Shown here: piece by piece, positions 23,614-36,930 of the stretch | Position numbering within the stretch: the stretch's first letter is position 1 | Layout of the letters: every line of letters starts with the position of its first letter | The notes under the pieces: model-generated | The model's database searches: none | Told to the model about the DNA's origin: nothing | The model's input: the letters and a program-made list of their open reading frames with translations, nothing else | Assembly: GCF_006345805.1 (NCBI RefSeq) | Contig: NC_043000.1 | Coordinates: forward strand, 107,012,001 to 107,076,000 | DNA length: 64,000 nt | From: Octopus sinensis | Lineage: Eukaryota | Direction of reading: 5' to 3' | Made by a program: the position numbers and the translations under genes

Positions 23614-24002
23614 TATATATTATATATATTTAAGATTCATTAATTAAATATCAAACTTGGTACATAAGTACTGGCCGAATATTATTGCAGTGTATATAGA
23701 CAGTTAGACCCAGCTGAGTGAAAACATCTGCTCTTACCTATTCAGACGAGTACTTTATATTAAATATACTGTCTATATTTACGAATGGCTGATCTGAGAT
23801 AGGTGAATAAAATATAAATGAATAACAGAAAGGTACAGGTGTTTCTCCTGATAGATTGATATCTGTACCTTTCAGTTACTCATATATACACACAGACATA
23901 TTCACACATATATACACACATAGACGCCAATGAAGGCGGCGTAGAGATATATCCATAGATAGCCAGATATAACCCAATATATCAATATATTGTTACCATA
24001 GG

Positions 24003-24270
24003 GCGTTAGCACGCCGGGCGAAATGCTAAGCGGTATTTCGTCTGCCGCTACGTTCTGAGTTCAAATTCCGCCGAGGTCGACTTTGCCTTTCATCGTTTCG
24101 GGGTCGATTAAATAAGTACCAGTTACATACTGGGGTCGATATAATCGACTTAATCCGTTTGTCTGTCCTTGTTTGTCCTCTCTGTGTTTAGCCCCTTGTG
24201 GGTAGTAAAGAAATAGGTATTTCATCTGTCTCTACGTTCTGAGTTCGAATTCCGCCGAGGTAGACTTACT
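24003..24270 (+). mobile_element. SINE-B: head, 184-nt unit, partial second unit
   Basis: gtatttcgtc at 24033 recurs at 24217. Confidence 0.92.
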
Positions 24271-24640
24271 CAGATATAACATATATATATGCACACATAC
24301 ACATACATGTATGAATATAACATACACACACACATAGACATCAATATATATGTATATGTATGTATATATGTACGTTTGTATATTTATGTATATGTATAAA
24401 GATATAAATGTTTGACAGTCACATGGATGTTTTGGTTCACTACTCACCATCAGAGAACCTGATAATAGTCAGTTAACAAAAACTTCGAAGTCACTGTCAA
24501 ACTTTTTTAGTAAAAATCTATAAATATGTAGTCTACTATATGTATGCATGCATGTATGTATGTATGTATATGTGTATTATATATATATATATATATATTA
24601 TATATAATATATTATATATATATAGTATGTATAATATATA

Positions 24641-24910
24641 TGGTTGTGTAACACACCATACTAATCATATCTGTCGGGCATGTGGAAGAGAGTGTAATTC
24701 GGCAGGAGGACTTAAACGACATGCAAAGGTACATGAAGCCCAGTAACAACTACAGCCGGCTATTACCGGTAATGGTATTAGTTGCCAATTCTGTACAAGA
24801 CATTGTAGATCTTTAGCTGGGCTAAAAAGTCACATTCGATCGCAGCACCAGTAACAGCTAAGCTTCGTGCAATGACCATACTCGATAACGAGGGGGCAGC
24901 CATAATAATA
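24641..24910 (+). mobile_element. RTE-type LINE extreme 3' fragment with two C2H2-like fingers
   Basis: HICRACGRECNSAGGLKRHAKVH, stop, then CQFCTRHCRSLAGLKSHIRSQH; ends ...acgagggggcagcc(ata)n. Confidence 0.6.
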
Positions 24911-25009
24911 ATATATATATATATGTGCATATATATTATGCAGGTTGGACCAAAGTCAGGCACCAAAACATTTAACATTTTATATTACGTTATTATTGTT
25001 ATTATTATT

Positions 25010-25654
25010 ATCACTGATGCACAGACATGCGCTGAAGTTGTGATATCTCTAGCGATACCTTAACGGTGGGCAGGTGTGGTCGCCGTTTCTTAGACACGCT
25101 TTTCCGCAGCTCGTCCCCTTGTCGGAGCTAAAGTCTTGGATCAGGCGTAGACCCAGACAGGACGCATGATACTTAGAGTGTCTCCAAGCGCTCACAGCCC
25201 TCGGCCAGTCGTGCAATGCCGTCAGTGCAAGTTCCACCACAGAGTTCTATATGGATCAGTGGAGGGCAAGAGCGACGACGATCTCGGAGAGACTGTGAGC
25301 GTCGAGAGGGATCAACTGGCTGGTCTCTTCCGGAGGACTTTCGGGCCGGGGCCCATGAATAATTTCCAGAAATTTCTGGCCTGACAGTGCTACCGGTGGG
25401 GGAGGGAGCGCTGCCGGTTCGTTATAAGCTCTACAAGCACGGATGTGCAGTCAGACGGTCTTGTCCGAGGTGCATACAGAGCGAAGAAACCGTTAAGTGC
25501 CCGTTCACTGCTGACTTGTGGAGCTGCGACGAACAGTTATTGTCACGTGTTAGACGGATCCGGCTATCGTCCGAGTCCTTCGTGAAGAATGTCCCTTAGC
25601 CGGGAAGGAAAAGCAATTTTTTTTTGCCTGGTGGCTATGACGAAAGAGGTTGTG
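25010..25654 (+). mobile_element. Tx1/L1-type LINE 3' coding fragment, decayed
   Basis: LPVRYKL...CPRC...EETV zinc-knuckle region, LW...LLS, VAMTKEVVW; frameshifted. Confidence 0.7.
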
Positions 25655-25663
25655 TGGTGGGTC

Positions 25664-25729
<66 letters not shown>

Positions 25730-25740
25730 CATCATCATCA
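25655..25740. repeat. (ATT)n/(ATC)n microsatellite
   Basis: Seen directly. Confidence 0.95.
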
Positions 25741-26300
25741 TTGAGTGAGAGAGCAGTGCATACCATCAAAGTGACACTGGGGTAAAATATACGAAGCCCA
25801 GAATACCCATCATGGCTACCTGTCCGATAAGGATACACTAGACACATTCATCACAACCATATGTGCGCGACATGGTGATCTCATATCAAGATAAACAGGG
25901 CATGATCATGCAGGTGGGGACCAGTTAGAATTTTCTTCAGGTCGAGTAGCCCATCCCGCTCAAAAGGTCCCTGAATGAGGCTTGTTTAAGGATGTTGAAC
26001 GAAACACCCATGTTTCCAGAGGTGAATTATTCAAAGCCCAAAGAATCCCTCTCAACACATGGCTATGATGCTCCCCCACTACTTCTGCTCGTGATCAGAG
26101 ATGCATATATCGTCAGCCACTCAAGGAGATGGTCAACTGGTTAAGGTCAAACAACTGACAAGCAAATCTGTGGTATTGAGCAGAATATTTGCTGTAGTCC
26201 ATCTTTTATACCAAGACAAAGCAATTTGCATGATAACACTTCCAATCAGTTAAGATCAGAAGCCACGAGAGCCACTGCCTGGTACTGCATCAGGGCATTT
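25741..26300 (-). mobile_element. 560-bp non-coding retroelement-like insert inside (TAA)n
   Basis: Sharp boundaries with (ATT)n on both sides; minus strand ends ...gcactgctctctcactcaa(tga)(taa)n; no ORF or Pol III boxes recognised. Confidence 0.6.
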
Positions 26301-26419
26301 ATTATTATTAATATTATTAATATTATCATTACTACTACTACTACTACTACTACTATTATTATTATCATTATTATTATTATTATTATTATTATTACTACTA
26401 CTACTTCTACTGCGCCTTC

Positions 26420-26740
26420 GAGAATTATTTTAGTCGAATTAATCGAACCCAGAACTTCTTTTAAGTTTGGTACTTATTCTATCGGTGTCTTTTGCCAGAC
26501 CGCTACTTTACAGGCACGTAGACACACCAGCACCGGTTGTCAAGTGTTGGTGGTGAGGGAGACAAACACAGACAGAGACACATTCACTCACGTATAATAT
26601 CTCTATATACGACGGGCTTCTTTCAGTTACCGTCTACCAAATCCACTTATAGGACTTGAGCAAGATCTCACACCGTGGGACTGAACCTGGAACCATGTTG
26701 TTGGGAAGCAAGCTTCGTACACACAGCCACGCCCGCGCCT
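26420..26740 (-). mobile_element. Diverged SINE-A
   Basis: Head aggcgcgggcgtggctgtgtg at 26740; short internal microsatellite; tail eroded. Confidence 0.85.
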
Positions 26741-26756
26741 AAAATTATTGCTATCT

Positions 26757-26829
26757 TTTCCTTAGTGGGATTCGAAGCCACGAACTCTGGATTAGAAGTC
26801 CAGTGCGCTATCTCCTATACTACGGGGAA
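26757..26829 (-). pseudogene. tRNA-Arg(TCT): tRNA-Arg(TCT) pseudogene, 73 nt
   Basis: Perfect anticodon arm CTGGA-CTTCTAA-TCCAG; T-loop TTCGAAT with a 4/5 stem; D stem decayed (GTAT vs GCGC); two acceptor mismatches; TTTT shortly downstream. Confidence 0.85.
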
Positions 26830-26949
26830 TTATATTGAACTGGATTGAATTGCATTGCCTATATTCAGTCCACTACAGGATGAAGGACTCAGCATGTTCT
26901 CTTTACGAGATCATGCTTGTTTGATGAGCCTACTCTTTCACACTTGCTC

Positions 26950-27319
26950 GATATTACTTGGCGGAGGGGTGCAAGATTTAGTACTCTTAACCAGGATTAA
27001 TTAGATCCATTACAATCGAGCCCAGGGCTCAACTGTTACTTATTTTATCGACCTCGAAAGGATAGAAAGCAGTCGGCCTCGGTGGAATTTGAACTCAGAA
27101 CGTAACGGCAGACGAAATACCTATTTCTTTACTACCCACAAGGGGCTAAACACAGAGAGGACAAACAAGGACAGATAAAGGGATTAAGTCGATTATATCG
27201 ACCCCAGTGCGTAACTGGTACTTAATTTATCGACCCCGAAAGGATGAAAGTTAAAGTTGACCTCGGTGGAATTTGAACTCAGAACGTAGCGGCAGACGAA
27301 ATACCGCTAAGCATTTCAC
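26950..27319 (-). mobile_element. SINE-B: partial head, young unit, then old-type body
   Basis: gacgaaatac ends at 27120 and 27304 (184 apart). Confidence 0.9.
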
Positions 27320-28706
27320 TTGTTTGCGCGCCGCATATGTATACATATAGAGAGAAAGAAAGAGAGAATGAAATACACACGTACACACATATATTCATAT
27401 ATGTGCATATATCCATATACATATATAGAGAGAGTGAGAGAGAGAGTGGGGGAGAGACTTACATACATACCTTCATACCTACCTACATGCCTGCCTGCCT
27501 ATTTACCTACCTACCTACATATCTACCTACCTACCTACCTACATATATTACATACATACATACATATGCATACATACACTTTCATCATCAATCATGTTTC
27601 ATAGTGTGCGTTTGCGTGAGTGTATATGTGTAAGTGCGAGCACGCATCTGTGTATGTTGGTATTATTTTATTTGCAGAATTTATTTTTATATCTTTTCAT
27701 ATGTCTACCAGGATTTGAAACGAACCAGAGCACACACTTTCTATTGCAGTTAATGTATTATCATATAGATTACAATAAATTAAGCGAAGAACAGCTTGCA
27801 ACCATTGTATATCTACCAAGGCAGATAATTGATCATTACACTTCGTCAATCCACATGGCAACATACACAATTACACAGAACAAAACTATATAATTGACAG
27901 AACGATAAAATAATAGGATTCGTGAGATAAATGTAAGATAAATGTAAGGGAAAGCGGGAGGTGAAGAAAGGAAAAGAAAATAGATAAATGGAGCGATCGA
28001 TTTGATATAGAGACTACAGATGGGTGACGAAGGAGATGTGTTAAGAAATTGATAGATGAGTTCAAAGTTTATTTATTTCTAAAAGGCCCGATAAGGATGA
28101 TAGATTTTTATTTCAATAAAATTATTAATTGATATTTATCTTTATCTATTTATTGGCTTATCTATTTTTCCCTTTCTCTTTATTCCCATTTCTCAACAAA
28201 GTGGTAAATCTTTTCATCTTTACATCTTATCCGATAGTCAACAGAAGATGTTTTAGTATTAATTATTCCTCCAAGTCTTTTTTTAACTAGCCGACACTTT
28301 TCAGTGATATCTCCTGCAAATTCTTCAAACAATTTATCAGCTTAATTCTTAATTATTTCTACGAATTAATTAATGGATTTCAATGATCAGTGGCATCCAC
28401 TAATGAGTGGCTAGACTGCCACGAAAGGGTTTCAATAGTTAATACCTACTTTATCTTTATTATTTGTTATTAATTGCTATTAATTTACAATACTGATGTA
28501 TATATATATACAGAGAGAGAGAAAGAGAGATCAGAACTTAACTGCAGCTCTTGGTAGTCCAAAGCAGATATGCAGTTTATGTGGGTGTTTTTCAAAACAT
28601 TGTCTGGTTTAGAAAGTCACTTTAGACGCCATGATAGAGTTAAGGTGTAAGTACAAGAGGTTATCAAACTCTGCATAAGAGTAGGCAGGCAGTCACCATA
28701 TATATG

Positions 28707-28771
<65 letters not shown>

Positions 28772-28810
28772 ATGTATGTAAGTATGTATGTATGTATGTA
28801 TGTATGTATA

Positions 28811-29861
28811 CAGGGGTTGGACAAAATAATGGAAACACCTTAAAATTTCAAACAAATTTATTTTAATACAGAGTAGGACTGCCTTTGGCAGTAATTACAG
28901 CTTGAATTCAACGAGGTATGGACTCGTACAAAGTTTGAATTGTTTCCAAAGGAATTTTTGTCCATTCTTCAGCTAAAATAGTCTACAGTTCTTGTAGTGA
29001 TGATGGTGGAGGATATCCACTCCTTACTTGTTTTTCTAATATGCACCATAATTGTTCAATAATATTGAGATCTGGGGACTGTGTTGGCCAGATAAGATGT
29101 TCAACTTCACTAGAATGTTTCACGTACCATTCAGGGACAACTTTAACTGTGTGAATTGGTGCATTGTCATCCTGAAAGATTGCGTTCCCTTCCGGAAACA
29201 GTTCTGCAACCATAGGATGAATTTGATCAGATAAAAAAAAACATAAATAGTCTTGACTATTAATTCTGCTATGAAAGGAAACCATTGGGCCTGCGAATTT
29301 CCCAGATGTAGCCCCCCCCCCCCCGATCATCACAGGTCCTCATCCATGTTTAACAGTTGGAAGAAGGCAGTCTGGGTCAAATGCTTCTTTTGGCTGTCAA
29401 ATGTTTCTTTTGGTCATTCAGCTCTGCAGTAATTTTGGGTGGTGTACTTTTGTGATCCTTTTTAACAATAAGAGTCCGACGGTCCTTATCTGAAAGTTTT
29501 GGTTTTTTCTAGAGTTTTGTTTCGCGGAAGAGGTTTTTTCCCTTTTTCTCAAAGGGTGTTATTACTTTCAAGACAGTACTTCTTGATACACCAAACATTT
29601 CGGTTGTTTTCATTACGCTAGCGCCTGCCATACGAGCATCAACAACTTTACCTCTTTGAAAGTCCGCCGGGTCTGTCATTTTAATGAATTTTAATTTCCT
29701 TTTTCTGATGATATCTGAAAAGAAACAGCAATTTTAGCAAAACATATTAAGCAACACTAATAAATCAAAAACATAATAAACAAGCTTTTGACAGTTTTAT
29801 AGATATTTCAAAATTATGATGCTACGCTGCTAGGTGTTTTCACTATTTTGTCCAATCCCTG
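28811..29861 (-). mobile_element. Tc1-like element (1051 bp), internally deleted
   Basis: 30-bp TIRs caggggttggacaaaataatggaaacacct with 3 mismatches, TA on left; FQDDNAPIH...WPTQSPDLNIIE motifs; first catalytic D region absent. Confidence 0.92.
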
Positions 29862-29872
29862 TGTATATATAC

Positions 29873-29903
<31 letters not shown>

Positions 29904-30329
29904 TGTATGTATGTATGTATGTATGTATATATGTATGTATGAATGTATGTATGAATGTATGTATGTATTTATGTATGTACGTATGTATACACATCTATAC
30001 AGAAAGAGGGAAAGGGAGAGACGAAGGAAGAAAAGAGAGAGAAGGAGACAGATGGTGACATAGTAAGAGAGAGAGAGAGATGGGGGAATGGATGTACGCT
30101 AGATATGGTTTATTTTCTGCTTCCCATAAGCGTGACCTTTTTAAGGTATTTTCCATGGCATCTTTTAGCGTAATTTCTACTATTCTGATTTCGGTCCAAC
30201 TATTGTTGTTCTTCAGCTCTTGGCGTGTCTGAAGCTTATTATTTTTTTTTTTTTGGGGGGGGGGGTCTTTTTTTTTTAGACAGCTCGATAGTAAGGAGTC
30301 GTCAGGTCAGGAGAACGTGGTAGCCAGCT

Positions 30330-30780
30330 TATACTACAAAAACGGGAAATTTAAAATTCCCATCAACAGTTGGATTGCCGTCCTTGCCGTGTGAGCTGCC
30401 TCTCCGTCCTATTGGAACCACGTGTTATGTTTATCTTAAACTGGTCTGAGTAAAAAATGTTTGATTATAGACCGATATTCACAGGGTTCCGAACGTCGTC
30501 TTGGAAAAAGTAAAATCTGATCACTTCTTCACCCACTTTAAACCGTACATTTAATGGAATGCAATTCTCTTTCGTGAACTGTACCAACTGCATTTTATAT
30601 GGAAACAAATTCAAGGATTTCAGATTACACCGGATCGCAGCCTGACAGACTCCAAATTCTCCAGACCGCCTTCGACTCGATGTGGTCGGTTCTTCTACGA
30701 CATTCTCCCATACACATTCAACTGAGGCTTCGTTCCTAACCATGCCTTTGGGGAAGGTCATTTACTAATTGCAACGTGAC
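30330..30780 (-). pseudogene. Tc1/mariner-superfamily transposase fragment (rosa/DD41D-like by motif)
   Basis: VxENVVEEPTTSSRRRSGEFG...PYKMQLVQ pattern; no TIRs seen. Confidence 0.5.
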
Positions 30781-30972
30781 CAATCACTGATCAATACAAT
30801 AAAGGATTTTCTAGGAGAATCTCTTGTGCCGTAATAGCGGCAATGTGATCGTTGGGTTATAGTTATTGAACCTTGGTTTTGATGCAAGAATTTCCCTATT
30901 TCTGTTTGTTGTTCGGTCGGGAATTCTTCCATCGTTAATCTCAAAGGTCTCTTTTATAAAATCTTCGCGATG

Positions 30973-31072
30973 NNNNNNNNNNNNNNNNNNNNNNNNNNNN
31001 NNNNNNNNNNNNNNNNNNNNNNNNNNNNNNNNNNNNNNNNNNNNNNNNNNNNNNNNNNNNNNNNNNNNNNNN
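30973..31072. other. Assembly gap (100 N)
   Basis: Run of exactly 100 N, probably of unknown true size. Confidence 0.99.
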
Positions 31073-31305
31073 GACCAAAGGGTACGGGCGCCGAGCCGAA
31101 ATTGCGAGGATGATCCGGTTCTTGACCGAAGATTGAAGGCTTCTGTGTTTTTTGTATCGTATTCTAAATGTTTTGCGTTCTTGTCCCAGTTTGTATTTTT
31201 TTTAACACACACACACACATATATATATATATGTATATATATTGTATGTATGTTGTATATATATATATATGCATGTATATATATATGTATATATTATATG
31301 TTGTG

Positions 31306-31353
<48 letters not shown>

Positions 31354-31409
31354 TATATATATATATATATATATAATATGTATGTATGCATTATGTATGT
31401 ATGGATATA

Positions 31410-31440
<31 letters not shown>

Positions 31441-31474
31441 ATATATATATACACAAACGTACAAAGAGTTTACC

Positions 31475-31625
31475 ATACAACATCCATCTACCGAAATTTA
31501 TTCACAAGGGATTTATCAGTCTAAGGTTACAGTAGAAGATACTTGCCCGAAGTGCCACGCAGTAGAATTGTACCCGAAACCACGGTGTAGTAAAGCGAAG
31601 TGCTTAACCACGCAAACATATACCT
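31475..31625 (-). mobile_element. Diverged SINE-A 5' half
   Basis: catctaccgaaatt...acttgcccgaagtgccacgcagtag...cttaaccacgc. Confidence 0.7.
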
Positions 31626-31679
31626 GCACCTTAAATATAAAAATGATATCAAAATGTGTAACAGACTAGGAGACAGACA

Positions 31680-31745
31680 GGCAGACAGGCAGACAGACAG
31701 ACAGACAGGCAGGCAGACAGACAGGCAGCCGGACAAACAGACAGG

Positions 31746-31812
<67 letters not shown>

Positions 31813-31815
31813 TAT

Positions 31816-31885
<70 letters not shown>
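31680..31885. repeat. (GACA)n/(GATA)n microsatellite
   Basis: Seen directly. Confidence 0.95.
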
Positions 31886-31886
<1 letters not shown>

Positions 31887-31889
31887 TTC

Positions 31890-32097
31890 TGTTATTCTTT
31901 CATTTGTTTCAGTCATTTGACTGCGGCTATGCTGGAGCACCGCATTTAGTCGAGCAAATCGACCCCAGGACTTATTCTTTGTAAGCCTAGGATTTATTCT
32001 ATCGGTCTCTCTTGCCTAACCGCTAAGTTACGGAGACGTAAACACACCAGCATCGGTTATCAAGCGATATTTGGGAGGACAAACAAAGACACACAAA

Positions 32098-32100
<3 letters not shown>
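31890..32100 (-). mobile_element. SINE-A 3' half
   Basis: Family 3' module ending at the (CA)n tract. Confidence 0.88.
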
Positions 32101-32140
<40 letters not shown>

Positions 32141-32145
32141 GCACC

Positions 32146-32268
<123 letters not shown>

Positions 32269-32878
32269 AGTGTGACAGAGACATAGACAGACAGACGGAC
32301 AGACAGAGAGACAAACATGTACACAGGATATATAGCGGAGACAGTGAGAATTTTCTGCACATTGTTTAATCAGTAAATACTGTACCAATCAATGCGACTA
32401 ATGCAAACCAACGAATGGGCCCCTACCTCGTCGTTTGATATGCTAGAAATAGCAGCCAATTTCCACCATGTCATATACCACATTCTCGAACGTATATAAA
32501 TACATATTGAAACAATGTAGTTCAGAGCATAAAATGCATGGAATAAACGATTGGATGGTCTGAGCCGGAATGCCGTTTTGATCATATATATGTTGGAGCA
32601 GAACTGACATTGAGGTTAAACAACAGTAAAAAGAGATGAGTGAAACTATAAGACAGATAACAACTATGTATTTTTATCATTTTTTTCTAGTCTTTATTGA
32701 AGGCATATCGTTTGCATAACAGACTGCTGTTTTGTATACTTTCAAGAGATCAGGTTTTATTTTGTCATCAATAAATAATATAAAATTACTCCGATCCATC
32801 AATGCCACTGGAAATGTTTGTCGACGCAAATTCTAATAAAACCTACCGATTGTAAATGTTACTGATACGCACGTGTGT

Positions 32879-32936
<58 letters not shown>

Positions 32937-33512
32937 TGTGTGTTGTGTGTGTGTGTGTGTGTGTGCAAGCCATCGTTGCTTTTAACGCAGAGACATGTAA
33001 AAAATATCTTTATTTGTAAAAGAGGTAAAAAGGCATTTGATATAATATCTGATTGGGACACAGACGTTTAGATGGTTCAATAAAACAGTTTCAAAGTAAC
33101 CAATCAATAGATAAGTTATGGTTGTTGCTAATGCTTTCCCAAGCAAACAGACCACTTGATACAGAGAAAATTGTATCGTTTTTATTCCAACAGCTAAAGG
33201 CAGTTACTGATAACCCGAGACTGAAGGACGCTGGAGTGGATGTTTTGCAGTATTTAGTTTCCATTTAGTGTCTTCCAACTTCATTCAAATTGATAGTAAT
33301 TTTTCATAGAAACGAAGAATCGAAAAGTAGAACGGAGGAATGTGCCAATGCCATACGTTAATTCTATTAAGTTGGAAAGAAAGTCCTGTCCCGATATCTA
33401 TATGGTCATGTGAGAGTTTTTTGGTTTTTTTTCAATATTTACGGTAAAATGTTTCCTTCAAGTTAACTTTATACCGTAGTGGTTAAATTCTTATTGATGT
33501 TACTCTTTTAAA

Positions 33513-34520
33513 ATGAGTTTAGATCAGACCCATATCAGATGCTCTTATGAATTCAAAAAGGGCTCTTCTGCAATGGAATTGGCAAAAAATATTCGTTCTG
33601 TCTATGGGAATGAAATATGGAAATGAAGCTTTAAGTGTCCGAACGATGGTGTGACCTGATGGTGTAACGATGGTGTGACCTGTTTCGTTTGGGAAACTAT
33701 TCTCTTGTAAATTCCCATCGATCTGAACGACCGAGCTCTGTCGATATTGATCTTCTGAAACTTTAGCTGAGGAAAATGCAAAGCAAACAGCACGAGAATT
33801 AGTGAAATAGTTCAATTCAAGTCAGGCTTTGATCATAAAACACCTTCGTGAACTAGGAAAATGTCTAAACTTGGTCAGTGGATCCCTAATTCTCTGATTG
33901 CTTCTTAGCTCAATCAAGGAGTTGCTCTCTGCACGTCATTGAGAAGTAGAGGACAACCAAGCCATTCTTGGGTAGAATCATCACCACAAGTGATGAAAAG
34001 CGGTTTCTCAATAACTATATCTAACAAAAACAACAATGATTAGCACCCAATGAAAAAGTTATACTCTGTGTTTAGTGAGACATGAAGAGTGCCATCTATC
34101 GTGAAATCTTAAACCAAAATAAAACAGTTGATGCAAAGTATTTTCTTCAGTTAGAAACATTGCATAAAAAATTTGCAGAAGAATCACTCATCATTGGTTA
34201 ATTGTAATGGGTGATGCTCCTACACGATAATGCAAGATAATATATTGGCGAAGTCACTCAGGAAAAGATTATGATTCTATATATGTAATTTCTTCGTCAT
34301 CTTTCTAATTCTCCTAACCTTGCTCCATCTGGTTAACATCTTTTTAGATCATTGCAACGTTATTTAACGAGAAACTAGTTTATTTATAGTAAAGAGATTT
34401 AAAATGATATTGAGCGCTTCTTTGCTTCGAAACTTGAAAATTTTACACCCATGGGATCAACAATTTGCTAAACAAAGGTCATATGTTATCAATAATGAGA
34501 GGAAATATTATCGTGATTAA
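33513..34520 (+). pseudogene. Heavily decayed mariner transposase
   Basis: MSLDQTHIR...KGSSAMELAKNIRSVYG, LGQWIP, SDEK, LHDNAR, SPNLAPS motifs across frames; TIRs not identifiable. Confidence 0.8.
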
Positions 34521-35251
34521 ATATATCAATTTCGACCACTTTCTTTCTTTCTCATCTTGAAATACATCAGACTTTCTTTCCAGTTTGATCATTTTCCTGG
34601 TACATACATAGTCTTAGCTCTGTTCCTAAAGAAATACACATGCACACACTTACACGTACATATAAATACACACAACTTGCATGCACACACACATATATAT
34701 GTATGTATGCATGTATGTATGTATGTATGTATGTATGTATGTATGTATGTATGTATGTATGTATGTATATATGTATGTATGTGTGGGCGTATGTATGTAT
34801 CCAAATAAACAAGGCATTTATATATTCACAGTAATTAAAAGAACAATTAAAAGTTTCCTGATTAACATAACACAATATTGCTGATGATTTGGGCAGACAC
34901 TGCTTTAAATTCAATTTAATTTAATTCAATTATTTATTATGTATTATAATTAAGTAATTATACACTTGGCAGATGTTATATTAATGAAACAGCTGTTGAA
35001 CAGAACCAATGTATGAAAAATATGTGAAATTTATGCTTTTCTGCTTTTAAGATAAATTTATATATATTCGTGTGTGTGTGTGTGTGTATGTGTGTGTGTG
35101 TGAACAATATAATATAACTGGCATAGTACACTACAATACATTATATTATAGCAATAAACTCAACAAACCTGGCACTGTTTCGTGACAATCCCACATACAT
35201 ACATACATACATACAAACATACATACATACATAGGCGTAGGAGTGGCTGTG

Positions 35252-35592
35252 TGGTAAGTAGCTTGGTTACGAACCACATGGTTCCGGGTTCAGTCCCACT
35301 TGTGAATGGATTTGGTAGACGGAAACTGAAAGAAGACCGTTATATATATGTGTGTATATACATATGTATGTGTGTGTGTATGTTTGTGTGTCTGTGTTTG
35401 TCCCCACCCCCAACGTCGCTTGACAACCGATGCTGGTGTGTTTACGCCCCCGTAACTTAGCGGTTCGGCAAAAGAGAACGATAGAATAAGTACTAGGCTT
35501 ACAAAGAATAAGTCCTGGGGTCGATTTGCTCGACTAAAAGCAGTGCTCCAGCATAGCCACAGTCACATGACTGAAACAAGTAAAAGAGTATA
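35252..35592 (+). mobile_element. SINE-A with deletion in the 5' half
   Basis: ccactt joins directly to gtgaatggatttgg; 3' module intact. Confidence 0.9.
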
Positions 35593-35611
35593 CATACATA
35601 ACACTTCCACT

Positions 35612-35730
35612 CGTTGTTACTGTTTAGATCAATACCAACCCTGGTCGAGCAGACCCGTGATCAAAGGTGGTCCAGCCATGACACTACCACATTATTTTCA
35701 GCTATACTACATCTAGGACCACATAATCGA
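35612..35730 (-). mobile_element. Fragment of a (CAA)n-tailed retro-repeat
   Basis: Resembles 47289-47460 (gttgtt...gtttag...gcagacc.gtg.tcaaag). Confidence 0.35.
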
Positions 35731-36147
35731 ATAAAGTAAAAAGTCGACGTGTTAAGCTAATTGTTCTTAGTCTATAAACTGTCAGGCAATTTGTGTACTT
35801 TAGGCATAACATAGTCGACCTGCTTTCTGGTGTGTCGCAAACATATATCTCATCGGACATTTTGGATTGCCGTGTGATAGAAAGTAGAGTGGTTGTTTGA
35901 TTTTCAAATGCTGGCTACATTTGATATATTCTCGAATGTGAAGTGGAATTGATGTTGCCGATGTATAAATTCACTCTTTGGCACAACATGTAATGCCAAA
36001 TATACGTTGATAATGCTTAATAAATCTAATCTCGGAACAAGTTAAACCTGATCCGAATTTCATCCACTTTCTACTTTCTTCTTTCCTACAAATAAGACTG
36101 TTAGAACAAAACATTTTTCTTTTGTTATCTATCTATCTATCTATCTA

Positions 36148-36214
<67 letters not shown>

Positions 36215-36238
36215 CATATATATACACACACACACACA

Positions 36239-36293
<55 letters not shown>

Positions 36294-36855
36294 ATATATA
36301 TATATATGAAATATCTCACAGCACTCATGTATGTGTGTGTGTCTGTGTATCTTTCTTAATTTCTTCTGCCCATTCCATACAAATATACATACATACTTAT
36401 CTGTTTATCTATCTTTCTATCTATCTACCCATCTATCTATTTATCTGTTTGCATATCTCCACGTTTATCCAGCCAGCCATTCGTCTATATACCTATCTAT
36501 CTACCAATCTATCTTTGTACCTACCGATCTGTCTGCCTGTCTGTCTTTCTGTCAGTCTATCAATCAAACCATCTATCAATCTCTCTAGCTATCTATGAAG
36601 GTCTATCCATCTACCCATCCATCTACTCATTTATCCAACCATTCATCCATCCATCCAAATCCAGCCACCCTTCCATCTATCTAACTCTCTGTCTGTTAGT
36701 TTATTTATCTATCTATCATCTTTTTATCCATTCCTCCTTCTTTTTATCAATCGATCTATCTAAACATCTATGTCCATCCATCCTTCCATCCATCCATCTA
36801 TTTATCTATCTATCTATTTATATATATGTAGTTATATGTGTATGTATGTATATAC

Positions 36856-36930
<75 letters not shown>

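Noticed and set aside
26215-26300. HDV-like ribozyme at the 5' end of the 560-bp element
   Set aside because: A 7-bp P1 can be drawn (GUACCAG/UUGGUAU), but P3, P1.1 and J4/2 cannot.
30811-31669. ORFs spanning the N run
   Set aside because: Artefacts of translating through an assembly gap and microsatellites.
33053-33268. 71-aa unique-looking ORF
   Set aside because: No motif, non-ATG start and no convincing splice sites.
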